Part shown: in pieces, positions 30,272 to 39,939 of the stretch
Layout of the letters: each line of letters opens with the position of its first letter
How positions within the stretch are numbered: the first letter of the stretch is position 1
Assembly: GCA_943355005.1 (NCBI GenBank)
Contig: CALRDV010000004.1
Location: 7,898-71,897, forward strand
Length of the DNA: 64,000 bases
Origin: Patescibacteria group bacterium
Lineage (GTDB): Bacteria; Patescibacteriota; Microgenomatia; UBA1400; MFAQ01
Reading direction: 5' to 3'
The notes under the pieces: model-generated
The model's database searches: none
The model's input: the letters and a program-made list of their open reading frames with translations, nothing else
Told to the model about the DNA's origin: nothing
Translations under genes and position numbers: made by a program

Positions 30272-31174
30272 TTACTCGAGACCTCTTAGAGCTTTAATTC
30301 TTTCTTTGACGGGAGGGTGAGTGTTGAAAAGGCCCGAGAACCAGCCGATGGAGTCGGATCTGTTTTTAAGCGGATTTGAAATGTATAAGTGAGCAGTTGC
30401 TTTATTGGCTGCTTCGAGGGGTTCTTTGTCGGCCGAAATTTTCTCCAAGGCACTTGCCAGGCCTTCCGGATATTTGGTGAGGGCAGCACCTGACGCGTCG
30501 GCTAAAAATTCACGCCGACGGGAGATGGCAAGCTGAATTAATTGGGCGATGATAGGTGAAAGTAGGGCAAGAACAATTCCAACAATAAAAAGAATCGCTC
30601 CAAGATTGCCATCTTCATTGTCCCGGCTTCGCCCTCTAATGCGGCTTCGTAATAGAATGTCGGCCAGTAAGGTAATCATACCCACTAAGATTGTTACGAT
30701 GCCCATTAAGCGGATATCGTAGTTCCGGACATGACTTAGCTCATGTGCCACCACACCTTCGAGTTCTGTGCGGTTTAGACGAGCCAGAAGGCCAGTGGTG
30801 GCACAGACCACGGCATGCTCAGGATCTCGACCGGTAGCGAAGGCGTTCATAGCAGTATCCTCGATTACATAAAGCTTTGGCATGGGAATTTTGGCGACTC
30901 CCACTAAGTTTTCAGTAACGGTATAGAAATCGAAAAAATCTTTTTTGGTAGCCGGTATAGCGCCGGAGATTGAAAGGATGATACTGTCGGAAAAATAAAA
31001 GCTAGCAAAACTCATGATACCGGAGATGATAAGAGCTATGCCAATAAAACTGGAGTCGAAGCCCATGGAGTAAGTAATGGCATATGCTGAGGCAGTAATA
31101 AAAGCAACAAACAATGCAATTACTACAACGCTACGGAATTTATTTTCGTCGACTTGTTCGTAAAAATTTTTCAT
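30272..31174 (-). CDS. htpX: HtpX zinc metalloprotease (M48)
   Basis: NAFATGR, AHELSH, SRRREFLAD, THPP..ERI. Confidence 0.95.
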   Translation of the reverse strand: MKNFYEQVDENKFRSVVVIALFVAFITASAYAITYSMGFDSSFIGIALIISGIMSFASFYFSDSIILSISGAIPATKKDFFDFYTVTENLVGVAKIPMPKLYVIEDTAMNAFATGRDPEHAVVCATTGLLARLNRTELEGVVAHELSHVRNYDIRLMGIVTILVGMITLLADILLRSRIRGRSRDNEDGNLGAILFIVGIVLALLSPIIAQLIQLAISRRREFLADASGAALTKYPEGLASALEKISADKEPLEAANKATAHLYISNPLKNRSDSIGWFSGLFNTHPPVKERIKALRGLE

Positions 31175-31188
31175 AAGTTTATCCGGAT

Positions 31189-31214
31189 GGATTCCCGATC
31201 AGGTCGGGAATGAC
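31189..31214. repeat. REP-like palindrome
   Basis: GGATTCCCGATCAGGTCGGGAATGAC. Confidence 0.7.
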
Positions 31215-31223
31215 AGGATGGAT

Positions 31224-31811
31224 TTATAGAGAAACTTTGGGGTCACTCATTTCTTCATCCGAGACAGAAAGATGAGCGCCTTCAGAGGCAGTAGCTAGAC
31301 CTTTTTGAGCCTTGAAGCCAAAGGCATTAGCAACTAGATTGCTTGGGAAGGTAACAATTTTTATATTGAAGTCTGCAGTCAAATCAATAACAACTCTTCT
31401 GGCATACATAAGCTTATCGGCAGTATCGCGAAGCTCGTCCATGAGCTTGTTCACTACTTCTACACCCTTCATTTCCGGATTACTTTCGACCAATACTTGA
31501 AGTTTGGGAACCAGATTGCTGATAGCATCGGAAGCGGCTTCAATCTTAGCCATATCTTTACTGCCGGCAGCTTTATCGACCGCTTTTCTGGCGGAGGTGA
31601 TTGCCTCATAGATACCTTTTTCGTGCTTCAAGTAGCCTTTGACAGAATTTTCTAGATTGGGGATTAAGCTGGCTTGTCTTTTTAACTGATTGCCAATATC
31701 TTGAATCGAGGCTGTAATCCTGGTCAGAGCGGTCTGAAACCAGTTGTAGAGAGAGATGACATATAGTCCGATAGCGACGGCAACAACGACGATTAGAGGT
31801 AATAGGTTCAT
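31224..31811 (-). CDS. lemA: LemA family protein
   Basis: QLKRQASLIPNL, KGYLKHE, ESNPEMK, FPSNLVA; adjacent to htpX. Confidence 0.93.
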   Translation of the reverse strand: MNLLPLIVVVAVAIGLYVISLYNWFQTALTRITASIQDIGNQLKRQASLIPNLENSVKGYLKHEKGIYEAITSARKAVDKAAGSKDMAKIEAASDAISNLVPKLQVLVESNPEMKGVEVVNKLMDELRDTADKLMYARRVVIDLTADFNIKIVTFPSNLVANAFGFKAQKGLATASEGAHLSVSDEEMSDPKVSL

Positions 31812-31869
31812 TTTTTTTCAAATTAAATAACTGTAATTATTCTATCACTACACGCAAGCCTTGCTTTGA

Positions 31870-33030
31870 TTAGAGCGATAGCAGGCTGACGACTCTGGTA
31901 ATGAAAGGTTGGTTTCTGGAAACAACATCGCCAGTGCCGGCAGAGACTGAGATGCTGACTGGTACTGTTACTGGAATCTTTCCAAAAACTTTATATACCT
32001 TTGTAGCTTCAAATTTATAAATCACCTCGCCATCGGAATATTCTATTTTTGGCACGACTTTGGAATTTACATTGGCAATCATTTTGAGAGCAATTACATT
32101 TTTAAGTGCTTTGTCCGGTGTGAAATTCATGGGTACCAGACCATCACGGGTACTGACAACTAATGAATTTGTATCGACATCAATCAAGATGGGTAAGTCT
32201 GTAAGAGCCGTAACCTTGCCATCTATTACTGCCAGCTGATTGTCCGGAGTTAAGTTTAGAGAAAGTCCCTTCTTCTCAAGCCTACTTAGCATCGAGGATT
32301 CCAAATCTCTGAGCTTAGTTTCATCTACATTGATTGATTTTCCGGTTTTATCCTCGGCTGTTAAAGAGACCTGTCCACCACTAAATTGGTATTTCAGCTT
32401 CATTTGATCGGGTAATATTTGTTCTTTGTACTTTTCTGTCGGCTTAACGGTCGGAGTGGGTTTGGGAGTTGTTGTCGGTGTTGATATTCTACCCACCCCA
32501 ATGGACTCAAACCCTCTTTTAATGCTGTCAATAAATCCTCCACTAGATTTTGTTACCGGTTTCGCACCTTCTTGTTGATTTACTACAGATCTGCCGGATA
32601 CCGATACGGTCTTGATTTCCGGCTGATTTATGACAGGAAGGTATTCCCGAGCATTTTGGTTTGATTGGAGGGACGGAACTGAGTAAGTAGGATCTGAATA
32701 TGTTGGTGCGATTTTGCGCATTTCGACCGGAGGTTCGGTTGGGTTGTTAAAAGGAGTCGCTGTAGGCTGTATTACAGGTTCATAAGTCGGCATTACAGAA
32801 TTAACTACAGTTGGTATCACGTTCTGTATCGTCGTTTGTGTTTCGTTCAGTGTTTTATTGCTGTGATTCTCAGAATTTCCCTTTTCATCGTCATTATTTT
32901 GATTTTCGTAATCTCCTAAAGCACTCTGAGATACGACAAGCACCGTTGCCCCAAAAACAAAAAGGACTATACCTAAAACTATCAAGAATTCGCGACGAAC
33001 CCCATACTTACTATGTTTTCTTTTTCCCAT
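31870..33030 (-). CDS. Membrane-anchored hypothetical protein with Pro/Thr-rich linker
   Basis: N-terminal TM, PT-rich middle, C-terminal domain ending KVFGKIPV...VSAGTG. Confidence 0.65.
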   Translation of the reverse strand: MGKRKHSKYGVRREFLIVLGIVLFVFGATVLVVSQSALGDYENQNNDDEKGNSENHSNKTLNETQTTIQNVIPTVVNSVMPTYEPVIQPTATPFNNPTEPPVEMRKIAPTYSDPTYSVPSLQSNQNAREYLPVINQPEIKTVSVSGRSVVNQQEGAKPVTKSSGGFIDSIKRGFESIGVGRISTPTTTPKPTPTVKPTEKYKEQILPDQMKLKYQFSGGQVSLTAEDKTGKSINVDETKLRDLESSMLSRLEKKGLSLNLTPDNQLAVIDGKVTALTDLPILIDVDTNSLVVSTRDGLVPMNFTPDKALKNVIALKMIANVNSKVVPKIEYSDGEVIYKFEATKVYKVFGKIPVTVPVSISVSAGTGDVVSRNQPFITRVVSLLSL

Positions 33031-33114
33031 CTACTCTTATTAAGACTTATTTAATTACAAGTGTCAAGTTGAGCTTACAATTTTATATTTTGTCGGTGTT
33101 TTATCTTAGTCTAT

Positions 33115-33531
33115 TTACAAATAACCCATTCTTTCCTTAACATAACTTGGAATATCCTTCATTGTAAAAATCTCATCTTTAGTCAGCCAGACAACCTCTT
33201 CTTGGTCTTCAAGTGGTCTTGCTTCTCCAGACTTCCAATCACACAGGAAGGTAAGCATGATTACATGGTCTCCACTGGAACGAATAAAAGAGTCGTTATA
33301 AATCAGCTTGATTTCGTCCTTTATCTCTACTCCCACTTCCTCCATAACTTCTTTTTTTAAAGTCTCTTCCAAAGGCCTTAGCTTAATACCTTTCTCCACT
33401 TTTCCACCAGGAATACTCCATTCCCCCGGTGACTGATCATCATTTTTACTTCTTCTTGCTAAAAGATACTTGTTTTCTTTTCTAATAATTGCCGTAACAG
33501 CGACTACATGAAGAGGAATTTTATTTGACAT
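33115..33531 (-). CDS. Nudix hydrolase (MutT-like)
   Basis: WSIPGGKVE...LKKEVMEEVG. Confidence 0.9.
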   Translation of the reverse strand: MSNKIPLHVVAVTAIIRKENKYLLARRSKNDDQSPGEWSIPGGKVEKGIKLRPLEETLKKEVMEEVGVEIKDEIKLIYNDSFIRSSGDHVIMLTFLCDWKSGEARPLEDQEEVVWLTKDEIFTMKDIPSYVKERMGYL

Positions 33532-33651
33532 AAGATGGAGTATAGCAAAAGTAAGTTATAGACTAATTATATCCACCCTATTGGTATGTGCAAATTATTT
33601 GTTCATATTTTTCACAATGAGAATTTGAGCTTAAATCACTCTTCTTTCCAC

Positions 33652-33680
33652 GAAAAACCACCCTTGCGGGTGGCTTTTCG
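33652..33680 (-). terminator. Terminator of the RRM gene
   Basis: CCACCC-TTGC-GGGTGG with flanking A/T runs. Confidence 0.75.
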
Positions 33681-33718
33681 GTTCATGGTCTTGCGACCAC
33701 TATTCTTGAAGAGCTAAT

Positions 33719-34000
33719 TTAGCGTCCTCCGAAAGATCGCGCTGGGCGATCTTCTTTTGGTCGAGCTTCGTTAACAATTATGTTGCGACCATCGAGGTCA
33801 GCACCATTCATTTTTTCGATAGCGTTCTTAGCAGCCTCAGCGTCCTCGAATTCAACGAATCCGAATCCCTTACTCCTGCCGGAGAACTTATCTGATATAA
33901 CAGTTATCTCGCCTAGGGCTCCGAAAGGAGAGAAGATCTCCTGGAGTCTTGATTGAGTAACATTGTAGGGTAGATTCCCTACGTACAAACGAACAGCCAT
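33719..34000 (-). CDS. RRM (RNP-1) RNA-binding protein
   Basis: LYVGNL (RNP2), KGFGFVEF (RNP1), VNEARP; AAGGAG RBS. Confidence 0.95.
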   Translation of the reverse strand: MAVRLYVGNLPYNVTQSRLQEIFSPFGALGEITVISDKFSGRSKGFGFVEFEDAEAAKNAIEKMNGADLDGRNIIVNEARPKEDRPARSFGGR

Positions 34001-34176
34001 TTCTGGCTCCTTTCTACTTTCCCTGTGGTAATCATCACCACAAGACAATCTGTAAAGGTTAAGATGATTTAACTAGCATATTATACCGCACTTTGTTAAA
34101 ATACACTTTGATACTCTCGATTTGAGGGTAATTTAGCTTCCGGAAGCTTATTTTGGGGTTTCCAGAACTTTAATCT

Positions 34177-34253
34177 GGGGTTGTAGCTCAGTTGGTTAGA
34201 GCGCCCGCCTGTCACGCGGGAGGTCAAGGGTTCGAGTCCCTCCAGCCCCGCCA
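34177..34253 (+). tRNA. tRNA-Asp (GUC)
   Basis: GGGGTTG/CAGCCCC acceptor stem, CCCGC-CTGTCAC-GCGGG anticodon arm, encoded CCA. Confidence 0.95.
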
Positions 34254-34256
34254 AAG

Positions 34257-34285
34257 AAAATCTCTCCCTAGTGGAGAGATTTTTT
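34257..34285 (+). terminator. Terminator after tRNA-Asp
   Basis: AAAATCTCTCC-CTAGT-GGAGAGATTTT. Confidence 0.85.
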
Positions 34286-34296
34286 ATGCCTAATTC

Positions 34297-34325
34297 TTGA
34301 CACTATAGGTTTTTTCTGGTATAAT
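34297..34325 (+). promoter_or_regulatory. Consensus sigma70 promoter
   Basis: TTGACA, 17 bp spacer, TATAAT with TG extension. Confidence 0.8.
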
Positions 34326-34375
34326 AATTTTCACTAGGTCTTTAAATCAACCAGACAATTTTCGGAGGCAATAGT

Positions 34376-34831
34376 ATGGATATTTTTTCAGCACCCACAA
34401 CCGTCTATCGAGTCGATGGGCCGCCCAATAGGGGCTTATGGTATAACCCCGATGGAAAGTTCGTCGGAGAAATTCACAACAACCTATCATTTTGCCACGC
34501 AAGTGCATTGGAAATGCCTTACGACAAAACCTTAGTGGGTTGGCGTTCTTGCACAGAGACGCTAGAAGATCTCCTGCTCTGGATTTCGTTAGAAGAGTTT
34601 GTCCAGCTTGAGAGTAGGGGTTTTAAGGCATCGGTTTACGAAGCTCATCAAACGAAAACCTATATTCACATAGACCATGCGACGGGGCTTCAAATGCCTC
34701 ACCTGGTCTTCAAGAAAGACGCAGCACGATTGATCCGTCTTCTCTCGGTTAGGGAACTTGGTCTTCAACTCGAGGAAGACAAGCTGATTTCTTCAATCAA
34801 CTTAAGCCAGCAACAAATAGTCCCTCGCTAG
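34376..34831 (+). CDS. Hypothetical protein (cargo gene downstream of tRNA-Asp)
   Basis: 151 aa ORF with its own promoter, GGAGG RBS and terminator. Confidence 0.7.
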   Translation: MDIFSAPTTVYRVDGPPNRGLWYNPDGKFVGEIHNNLSFCHASALEMPYDKTLVGWRSCTETLEDLLLWISLEEFVQLESRGFKASVYEAHQTKTYIHIDHATGLQMPHLVFKKDAARLIRLLSVRELGLQLEEDKLISSINLSQQQIVPR

Positions 34832-34852
34832 TCGAGGGATTTTTATTGCATA

Positions 34853-34954
34853 GAGGGACTCGAAATGCCGGAGTCGAACCCGTAACTGTTTCGGCGAGGT
34901 GGGTCCGAGAGAATTCCGAAGGGATTACTCGAGGGAGTCTCGTTCCCCCCAGCC
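34853..34954 (+). repeat. tRNA-associated structured element, copy C, ending in a degenerate tRNA-Asp 3' end
   Basis: GAGGGACTCGAA is the reverse complement of tRNA-Asp TTCGAGTCCCTC; ends CCCCCAGCCC. Confidence 0.75.
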
Positions 34955-35014
34955 CTGAACTTTTTTACAAAAAAATCCTCTCAAGAATGAGAGGATTTAT
35001 ACAAATTTGGAGAG

Positions 35015-36505
35015 TTAGGTTATGTCTATACGACCACTTTGATTCGCATCGCCGTAGACTGACCGTTTTTTGGCGTTAATTGGAGTGCGGTTTTGAGGCT
35101 GGACAGACCAACCATCCTCGTTTACCTTGGTTTCGAGTTCGTCACCCCGGATTACGGAATAACTCAAGACTGGGGTGGCAAAGCCATCCACGTCATCTAC
35201 GCCCAAAAAGCCACCCACGAGCCGGCAATCGAAGTTTGCACCATTTCCACCGTTGTCTGCTTTAAAATTGCGGCCTGCAAATTCGCCAGTTGACTGATGA
35301 CCATGATTCTTGCCATAGTTCAAGACAAAGGGGACGCTGCTCAGGTGAGCAGGAATATCCTCACGATGAATCCCCTCACCATATTGGCGCTTGAGATTGA
35401 CCTTCCAATCATAAAGATTTTCAGGTTTGGGGTATGGTGTCCCTGTGTGGAATTTGTAGTTGACAAACGAAGTGATCCAACCGTCCATGTCATCTACGCC
35501 CGAGCCAGAATAATGATTGTAAATGCTGGCCCAGAAAAAGTTATCAACTTCTTTGCGTCCGGCAACCGTATCGGCAATTTCCTGCAGTACGGGCAAAAGG
35601 TTCTTGAAGTAAAGCCCGAGATGCTCGGAGAAATAGCCGGATAATTTTGTGCAGGCGGACAGAATGTTGTCGTAGTCTTCCGGGGTACCGAACAAACGAA
35701 TGCTGGGAATACCACAACAAACTCGCATCAGCATATCGTAGAACGGACTCGCGGCATCCAACACTGCTACGATAGAGGCTGTCTGACTGGCAAGATCATG
35801 TGTGGAAATTTCGGGGAGCATGAACTTTAACAGATCCGAGGGCATCTGCGATTCCAAACCCTTGTGAAGCAGACCAATACCCGTTGCCCATGCTTCAGCC
35901 TGATCAAACTGAGCGATATCGATATCGTTCACTTGTACATCGATCAACTTCTTCTCAGCTGAATCGGTGAATAGGTACCGGTATGTTTCAGGATTCTGAC
36001 GGACACAGATGCCGATTTCGTGCAGCACCATCCACATAAGAGCTTCCGGACGTATACCTAGTGGATGATGGTTTGTGAAGCAATAGTGAACGGTGTTTAA
36101 AAACAAACTTGAAGCGGCTCCGATGGGCTTGTGTTCACTCTCGGGCAAGTCTTCACTGTGCCCGGCCGAAATGCATTCTTTACCTTGCCAGACTGGATTG
36201 ACCCAGCGGGAGGTTCGATACCCACGCATATCAAGTGAATCATTTTTTTCAATCAGCTGAATAACAGGTTTTGATGCTTCAGGAAAAAGAAGTTTCATCT
36301 TTTCCGTTATCGCCTCGTGAGCCAAATTACCGTGACGCTTAGGCAGAGGTTCTGCCACCACACCGGGATAGCCAGGACCCGGTTCCCAGTTAGGATCGAC
36401 CTCTCTTCGGTATTGCCATATCGGTAACTCTGAGCCTGGTACTTGATACTTTCCCAGATTGGGAATATAAACTTGTACTTCTTTTGCAACTTGAAGTTTC
36501 TTCAT
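35015..36505 (-). CDS. DUF4419 domain-containing protein
   Basis: HHPLGIRPE, CGIPSIRLFGT.EDY, GSG...GWI motifs recalled for DUF4419; AAGGAG RBS. Confidence 0.75.
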   Translation of the reverse strand: MKKLQVAKEVQVYIPNLGKYQVPGSELPIWQYRREVDPNWEPGPGYPGVVAEPLPKRHGNLAHEAITEKMKLLFPEASKPVIQLIEKNDSLDMRGYRTSRWVNPVWQGKECISAGHSEDLPESEHKPIGAASSLFLNTVHYCFTNHHPLGIRPEALMWMVLHEIGICVRQNPETYRYLFTDSAEKKLIDVQVNDIDIAQFDQAEAWATGIGLLHKGLESQMPSDLLKFMLPEISTHDLASQTASIVAVLDAASPFYDMLMRVCCGIPSIRLFGTPEDYDNILSACTKLSGYFSEHLGLYFKNLLPVLQEIADTVAGRKEVDNFFWASIYNHYSGSGVDDMDGWITSFVNYKFHTGTPYPKPENLYDWKVNLKRQYGEGIHREDIPAHLSSVPFVLNYGKNHGHQSTGEFAGRNFKADNGGNGANFDCRLVGGFLGVDDVDGFATPVLSYSVIRGDELETKVNEDGWSVQPQNRTPINAKKRSVYGDANQSGRIDIT

Positions 36506-36757
36506 ACACACATCTCCTTGTTCAACTGGATTGAATTGACTTAGCTAATTCAAAGAACTTGCCAATGAATGGCAGGCACATTTTACCCAATTTAAGTATT
36601 AAAATCAAGTTATGGGATTCTTACTTGTAATCATTACAATAAATTCAAGATTCGATTCAAACCTATAACTATCAGGTGTCCTATCTCCTCTTGCCCTGCT
36701 GAATATATGATCGTGCCTTTGTGTTTGGTATATTTAGAGCCGTGAGATAATTGTGGG

Positions 36758-37450
36758 ATGGATGAAGCTATAAAAAGATCTGAAAATATAGGTAAACGGT
36801 TAAAAACGGCTGCGCATGATTATGACCATTTTAATCGAGTTAGAAACTGGGTTGTTTTAATAGCTAAGGATGAAGGTCTGAATGAGAGAGGGAAGTTTCT
36901 ATTGGAAATATCAGCACTCTGGCATGATATGGCACTGGATAAGGTTACCGACCGATCAAAACATGGAGAAGTAGCCGGAGAAATGTTTTTGCATGAGTTT
37001 AAAGGTTACGATGTTTTTACCGAAAACGAGAAAGAAACTATCTTCTTTATGCTCAAATACCACGATAAAGCCAGATTGGTTAGAAATTCAAAAACGGATA
37101 AAAAACTTTTACAGATGCTAAATATCCTAACCGATGCCGACACTTTGGAGCTGCTTGGGGAACGAGGATACGAAAGAGCTCTTGAAACTGCAAGGGCAAA
37201 TAATTGGCCTAACTTTGATACTAATAATCCAAAAGGTGAAACCTATGGCTTTTCGGCCAAACAGTTTGATGAAAGATTCGAATTGACTAAAACAGGAAAG
37301 ATCAAACATGTAAAGGAACCGACTCTGGTTGGCTTGCTAAACTTTCTGATTAGCTGTGCCGATAATTTGTATTCCTCCAAGGCTAAAACGGTGGGGAAAG
37401 CCGGTGCAGATTATTTAAAAAGTAAAATTGACTACATTATTGGACAATAA
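36758..37450 (+). CDS. HD-domain phosphohydrolase
   Basis: HDYDHFNRV, ALWHD, YHD, DADTLE. Confidence 0.85.
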   Translation: MDEAIKRSENIGKRLKTAAHDYDHFNRVRNWVVLIAKDEGLNERGKFLLEISALWHDMALDKVTDRSKHGEVAGEMFLHEFKGYDVFTENEKETIFFMLKYHDKARLVRNSKTDKKLLQMLNILTDADTLELLGERGYERALETARANNWPNFDTNNPKGETYGFSAKQFDERFELTKTGKIKHVKEPTLVGLLNFLISCADNLYSSKAKTVGKAGADYLKSKIDYIIGQ

Positions 37451-37467
37451 ACGCGATATATTTGACT

Positions 37468-37866
37468 ATGGAAACTATAATCCCCACCATCAGACTGCAA
37501 CAATTTAGAAGTACTCCGAGATGGAGAAGGTCGCTCAGTGGACCTTTTATCTGGGCACCTTTTTTACCTATGCTTCTGTTGGATTTTTTTATGGAAATTT
37601 ATCACCATATTTGTTTTCCATTGTATGGTCTTAAGCTAATACCAAGAAAAAACTACTTTTTCTTTGATAGAACTGAACTTAATCTAAGCTGGTCGGAAAA
37701 GATTAGCTGTCATTATTGTGGCTATGCCAATGGACTGGCTGCATACATGGTAGCGATTGCAGGAGAGACCGAAGCTTACTGGTGTGCCATCAAACACAAG
37801 GAAAGATTAAGTTTGGAGACTCAGCCGCACACAAAGGACTTCATAGCTCAGGAAAAATTCAAGTAG
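37468..37866 (+). CDS. Hypothetical protein with Cys/His motifs
   Basis: ICFPLYG, CHYCGYANG, EAYWCAIKH. Confidence 0.7.
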   Translation: METIIPTIRLQQFRSTPRWRRSLSGPFIWAPFLPMLLLDFFMEIYHHICFPLYGLKLIPRKNYFFFDRTELNLSWSEKISCHYCGYANGLAAYMVAIAGETEAYWCAIKHKERLSLETQPHTKDFIAQEKFK

Positions 37867-37872
37867 ATAGTG

Positions 37873-38475
37873 TTATCTAAAAATTAGATATCCCATGACT
37901 GAACCGAGGAAAGTCAGAAGCAAATCCCAATTGGTATCGTGTACTCCTGGACCGATCATATAATTTCTTCTCATAGCAATATCCACCAATAATTCTCCCA
38001 TCTCGATTCCCACAGAAACCAAGTTGACAGTTAATAAAATGAAAAAGGCAACGGCAGAAGGATGCTGAAAAATAATCGGGAAAATAGTTACAAACCCTGT
38101 TAGTTCCAAGCCATAAAATAATAAAAAACCGGTAGCGAAGTGCTCAAATCTGTTATAAAGTGCTTTTTCTTTTTTTTGAACGAAGCCAAGGGTAAATTTA
38201 ATTAAGTTGCACCAAAATGCAATCAATAGAAGATAGAGATATGTCGATTTATCTAGGGAAGAGGAATTTGACAAAGTGCCCATTAGAATTAGCATTACCA
38301 CAAAGATACCTGCTCCAATAAGCCAACCTAAGCTCATTTGACTATTTTTGAAATTTATAACGCCCACGACTTGCAGTATCCCAAACAAGAAACCACATAT
38401 TATCAGAAAGATTGGGATGGATAACATAACTAATCCTAACATGGAATGCAGAAGCAAAGACATAGCTATTGACAT
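37873..38475 (-). CDS. Membrane protein (DUF2238/VanZ-like)
   Basis: Multiple TM helices, RFEHF, E..E, DTNWDL. Confidence 0.6.
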   Translation of the reverse strand: MSIAMSLLLHSMLGLVMLSIPIFLIICGFLFGILQVVGVINFKNSQMSLGWLIGAGIFVVMLILMGTLSNSSSLDKSTYLYLLLIAFWCNLIKFTLGFVQKKEKALYNRFEHFATGFLLFYGLELTGFVTIFPIIFQHPSAVAFFILLTVNLVSVGIEMGELLVDIAMRRNYMIGPGVHDTNWDLLLTFLGSVMGYLIFR

Positions 38476-38502
38476 TGATAAAAGTTTATATAAGATTGGA
38501 TT

Positions 38503-39168
38503 ATGAAAACAGGACAGAGTACAGAAAAACGTATTAAAAATATCCTAAAATTCTTCAAAATGAACGAGAATACTATCAGCACCCTAATGGGTGGAGTGGT
38601 GATTGTGGTGATTGCCGGACTGATTTTTAACTACTTTAGGACCGCAAACCTCAAAACATGGCAAGGAACATTACTTAATGATCAGGAAACGGCCCAGACA
38701 GAAAACAAGGATATATCCGCCAATGATAAGCTGGTTACCACCCATAAAGTTGTCAAAGGAGATGACCTCTGGCACATCGCAGAAAAATACTACAAGTCTG
38801 GCTATAACTATGTGGATATCATGAAAGAAAATAAAATTACCGGAAAGGGAATTATCACAGCAGGCATGGAGCTTAGAATTCCTAACGTTGAAGCTAAGAA
38901 ACTCACAGTTGTAGAAGTCAAAAAAGAAATAGCCATTTCAAAAACAGGTGATGTAGTAAAACAAGACGTAAAAGTGGCCGACTCTAAATCTATTGAAGTT
39001 GGTGAATACACGACTCAAAAAGGTGATTCTTACTGGAAGCTGGCAGTCCGAGCATATGGAGACGGATACAAATGGACAAAGATTTACTGGGCAAACAGAA
39101 AGTTGTTCGCAAAACCTGACATGATTCACGCGAACGTCAAAATCAACATCCCGGCTCTGGAAAAGTAA
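38503..39168 (+). CDS. LysM peptidoglycan-binding protein (two LysM domains)
   Basis: HKVVKGDDLWHIAEKYY and YTTQKGDSYWKLA...YG. Confidence 0.9.
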   Translation: MKTGQSTEKRIKNILKFFKMNENTISTLMGGVVIVVIAGLIFNYFRTANLKTWQGTLLNDQETAQTENKDISANDKLVTTHKVVKGDDLWHIAEKYYKSGYNYVDIMKENKITGKGIITAGMELRIPNVEAKKLTVVEVKKEIAISKTGDVVKQDVKVADSKSIEVGEYTTQKGDSYWKLAVRAYGDGYKWTKIYWANRKLFAKPDMIHANVKINIPALEK

Positions 39169-39207
39169 ATACAAAAAAAGAGCGCCTAATAAAGACGCCC
39201 TTCAGAC

Positions 39208-39498
39208 CTACTCGCTCATGCCACCAGATTCCATCGAATATTCTATTGAGCCCGCAAAATAATTATAACCAACGTTGCTCAATATCACATTCGCCTGATA
39301 AGGTCCAACTCCATTTCTAAACATGGTGGCGCTGAATGTATGACTAGCGGTACTTGAAACCGAATGTTTTGTTAAGACAGAAAGAAATACAAGCTCTGAG
39401 TCGTTGAGGGTCGCTTGAACCTGCTTCCCATGAAAGACCAGCTTAAGAAGTTCTACAGAACGAATGTTGATAATACCGTTTCCGGATAAGATTCCCAT
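39208..39498 (-). CDS. Hypothetical protein
   Basis: ORF with GGAGG RBS before ATG 39498; weak resemblance to the upstream ORF. Confidence 0.5.
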   Translation of the reverse strand: MGILSGNGIINIRSVELLKLVFHGKQVQATLNDSELVFLSVLTKHSVSSTASHTFSATMFRNGVGPYQANVILSNVGYNYFAGSIEYSMESGGMSE

Positions 39499-39516
39499 GT
39501 GGACCTCCAATGAATT

Positions 39517-39843
39517 TTAATGTTCACTATCCCAATCGCTTCGATCATATTTATAGGTGATGGAACCTTGATACGTTGCACCATTATCTTGAGAATTTAG
39601 CGTTACAAATGCGTCTATGACATGTGAGTCATGAACGACTTGAGTTCTAAATTGGTGATTATTGCCGTCTTCGATACCTGAAATGCCAAATTTTCGATGA
39701 TCGGAAACTCCGTGAATCACTACACTGGATAGTCCGGACTGTAATGAGTCTCTAGCTTTTAGTTCAAGCGCGCCCAGTAACAGTAAAAATTCAGTAAATT
39801 GCTTTTTGGATATAGAAAAAGACAAGATGTATTTTTGCTCCAT
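39517..39843 (-). CDS. Hypothetical protein
   Basis: 108 aa ORF with AAGGAG RBS. Confidence 0.55.
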   Translation of the reverse strand: MEQKYILSFSISKKQFTEFLLLLGALELKARDSLQSGLSSVVIHGVSDHRKFGISGIEDGNNHQFRTQVVHDSHVIDAFVTLNSQDNGATYQGSITYKYDRSDWDSEH

Positions 39844-39923
39844 TATTTTCTCCTTTATGTCAAAGAATGGCTTATTTTACATCACAGTAGTCTGATTTGA
39901 CTTTGCTCAAATGTTTCTATATT

Positions 39924-39939
39924 GTTAGACATGTCTAAC
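39924..39939. promoter_or_regulatory. Candidate MntR/DtxR operator over the mntH start
   Basis: Perfect 16 bp palindrome GTTAGACATGTCTAAC. Confidence 0.65.

Noticed and set aside
34846-35079. 77 aa ORF
   Set aside because: Translation of element C overlapping the end of the DUF4419 gene.
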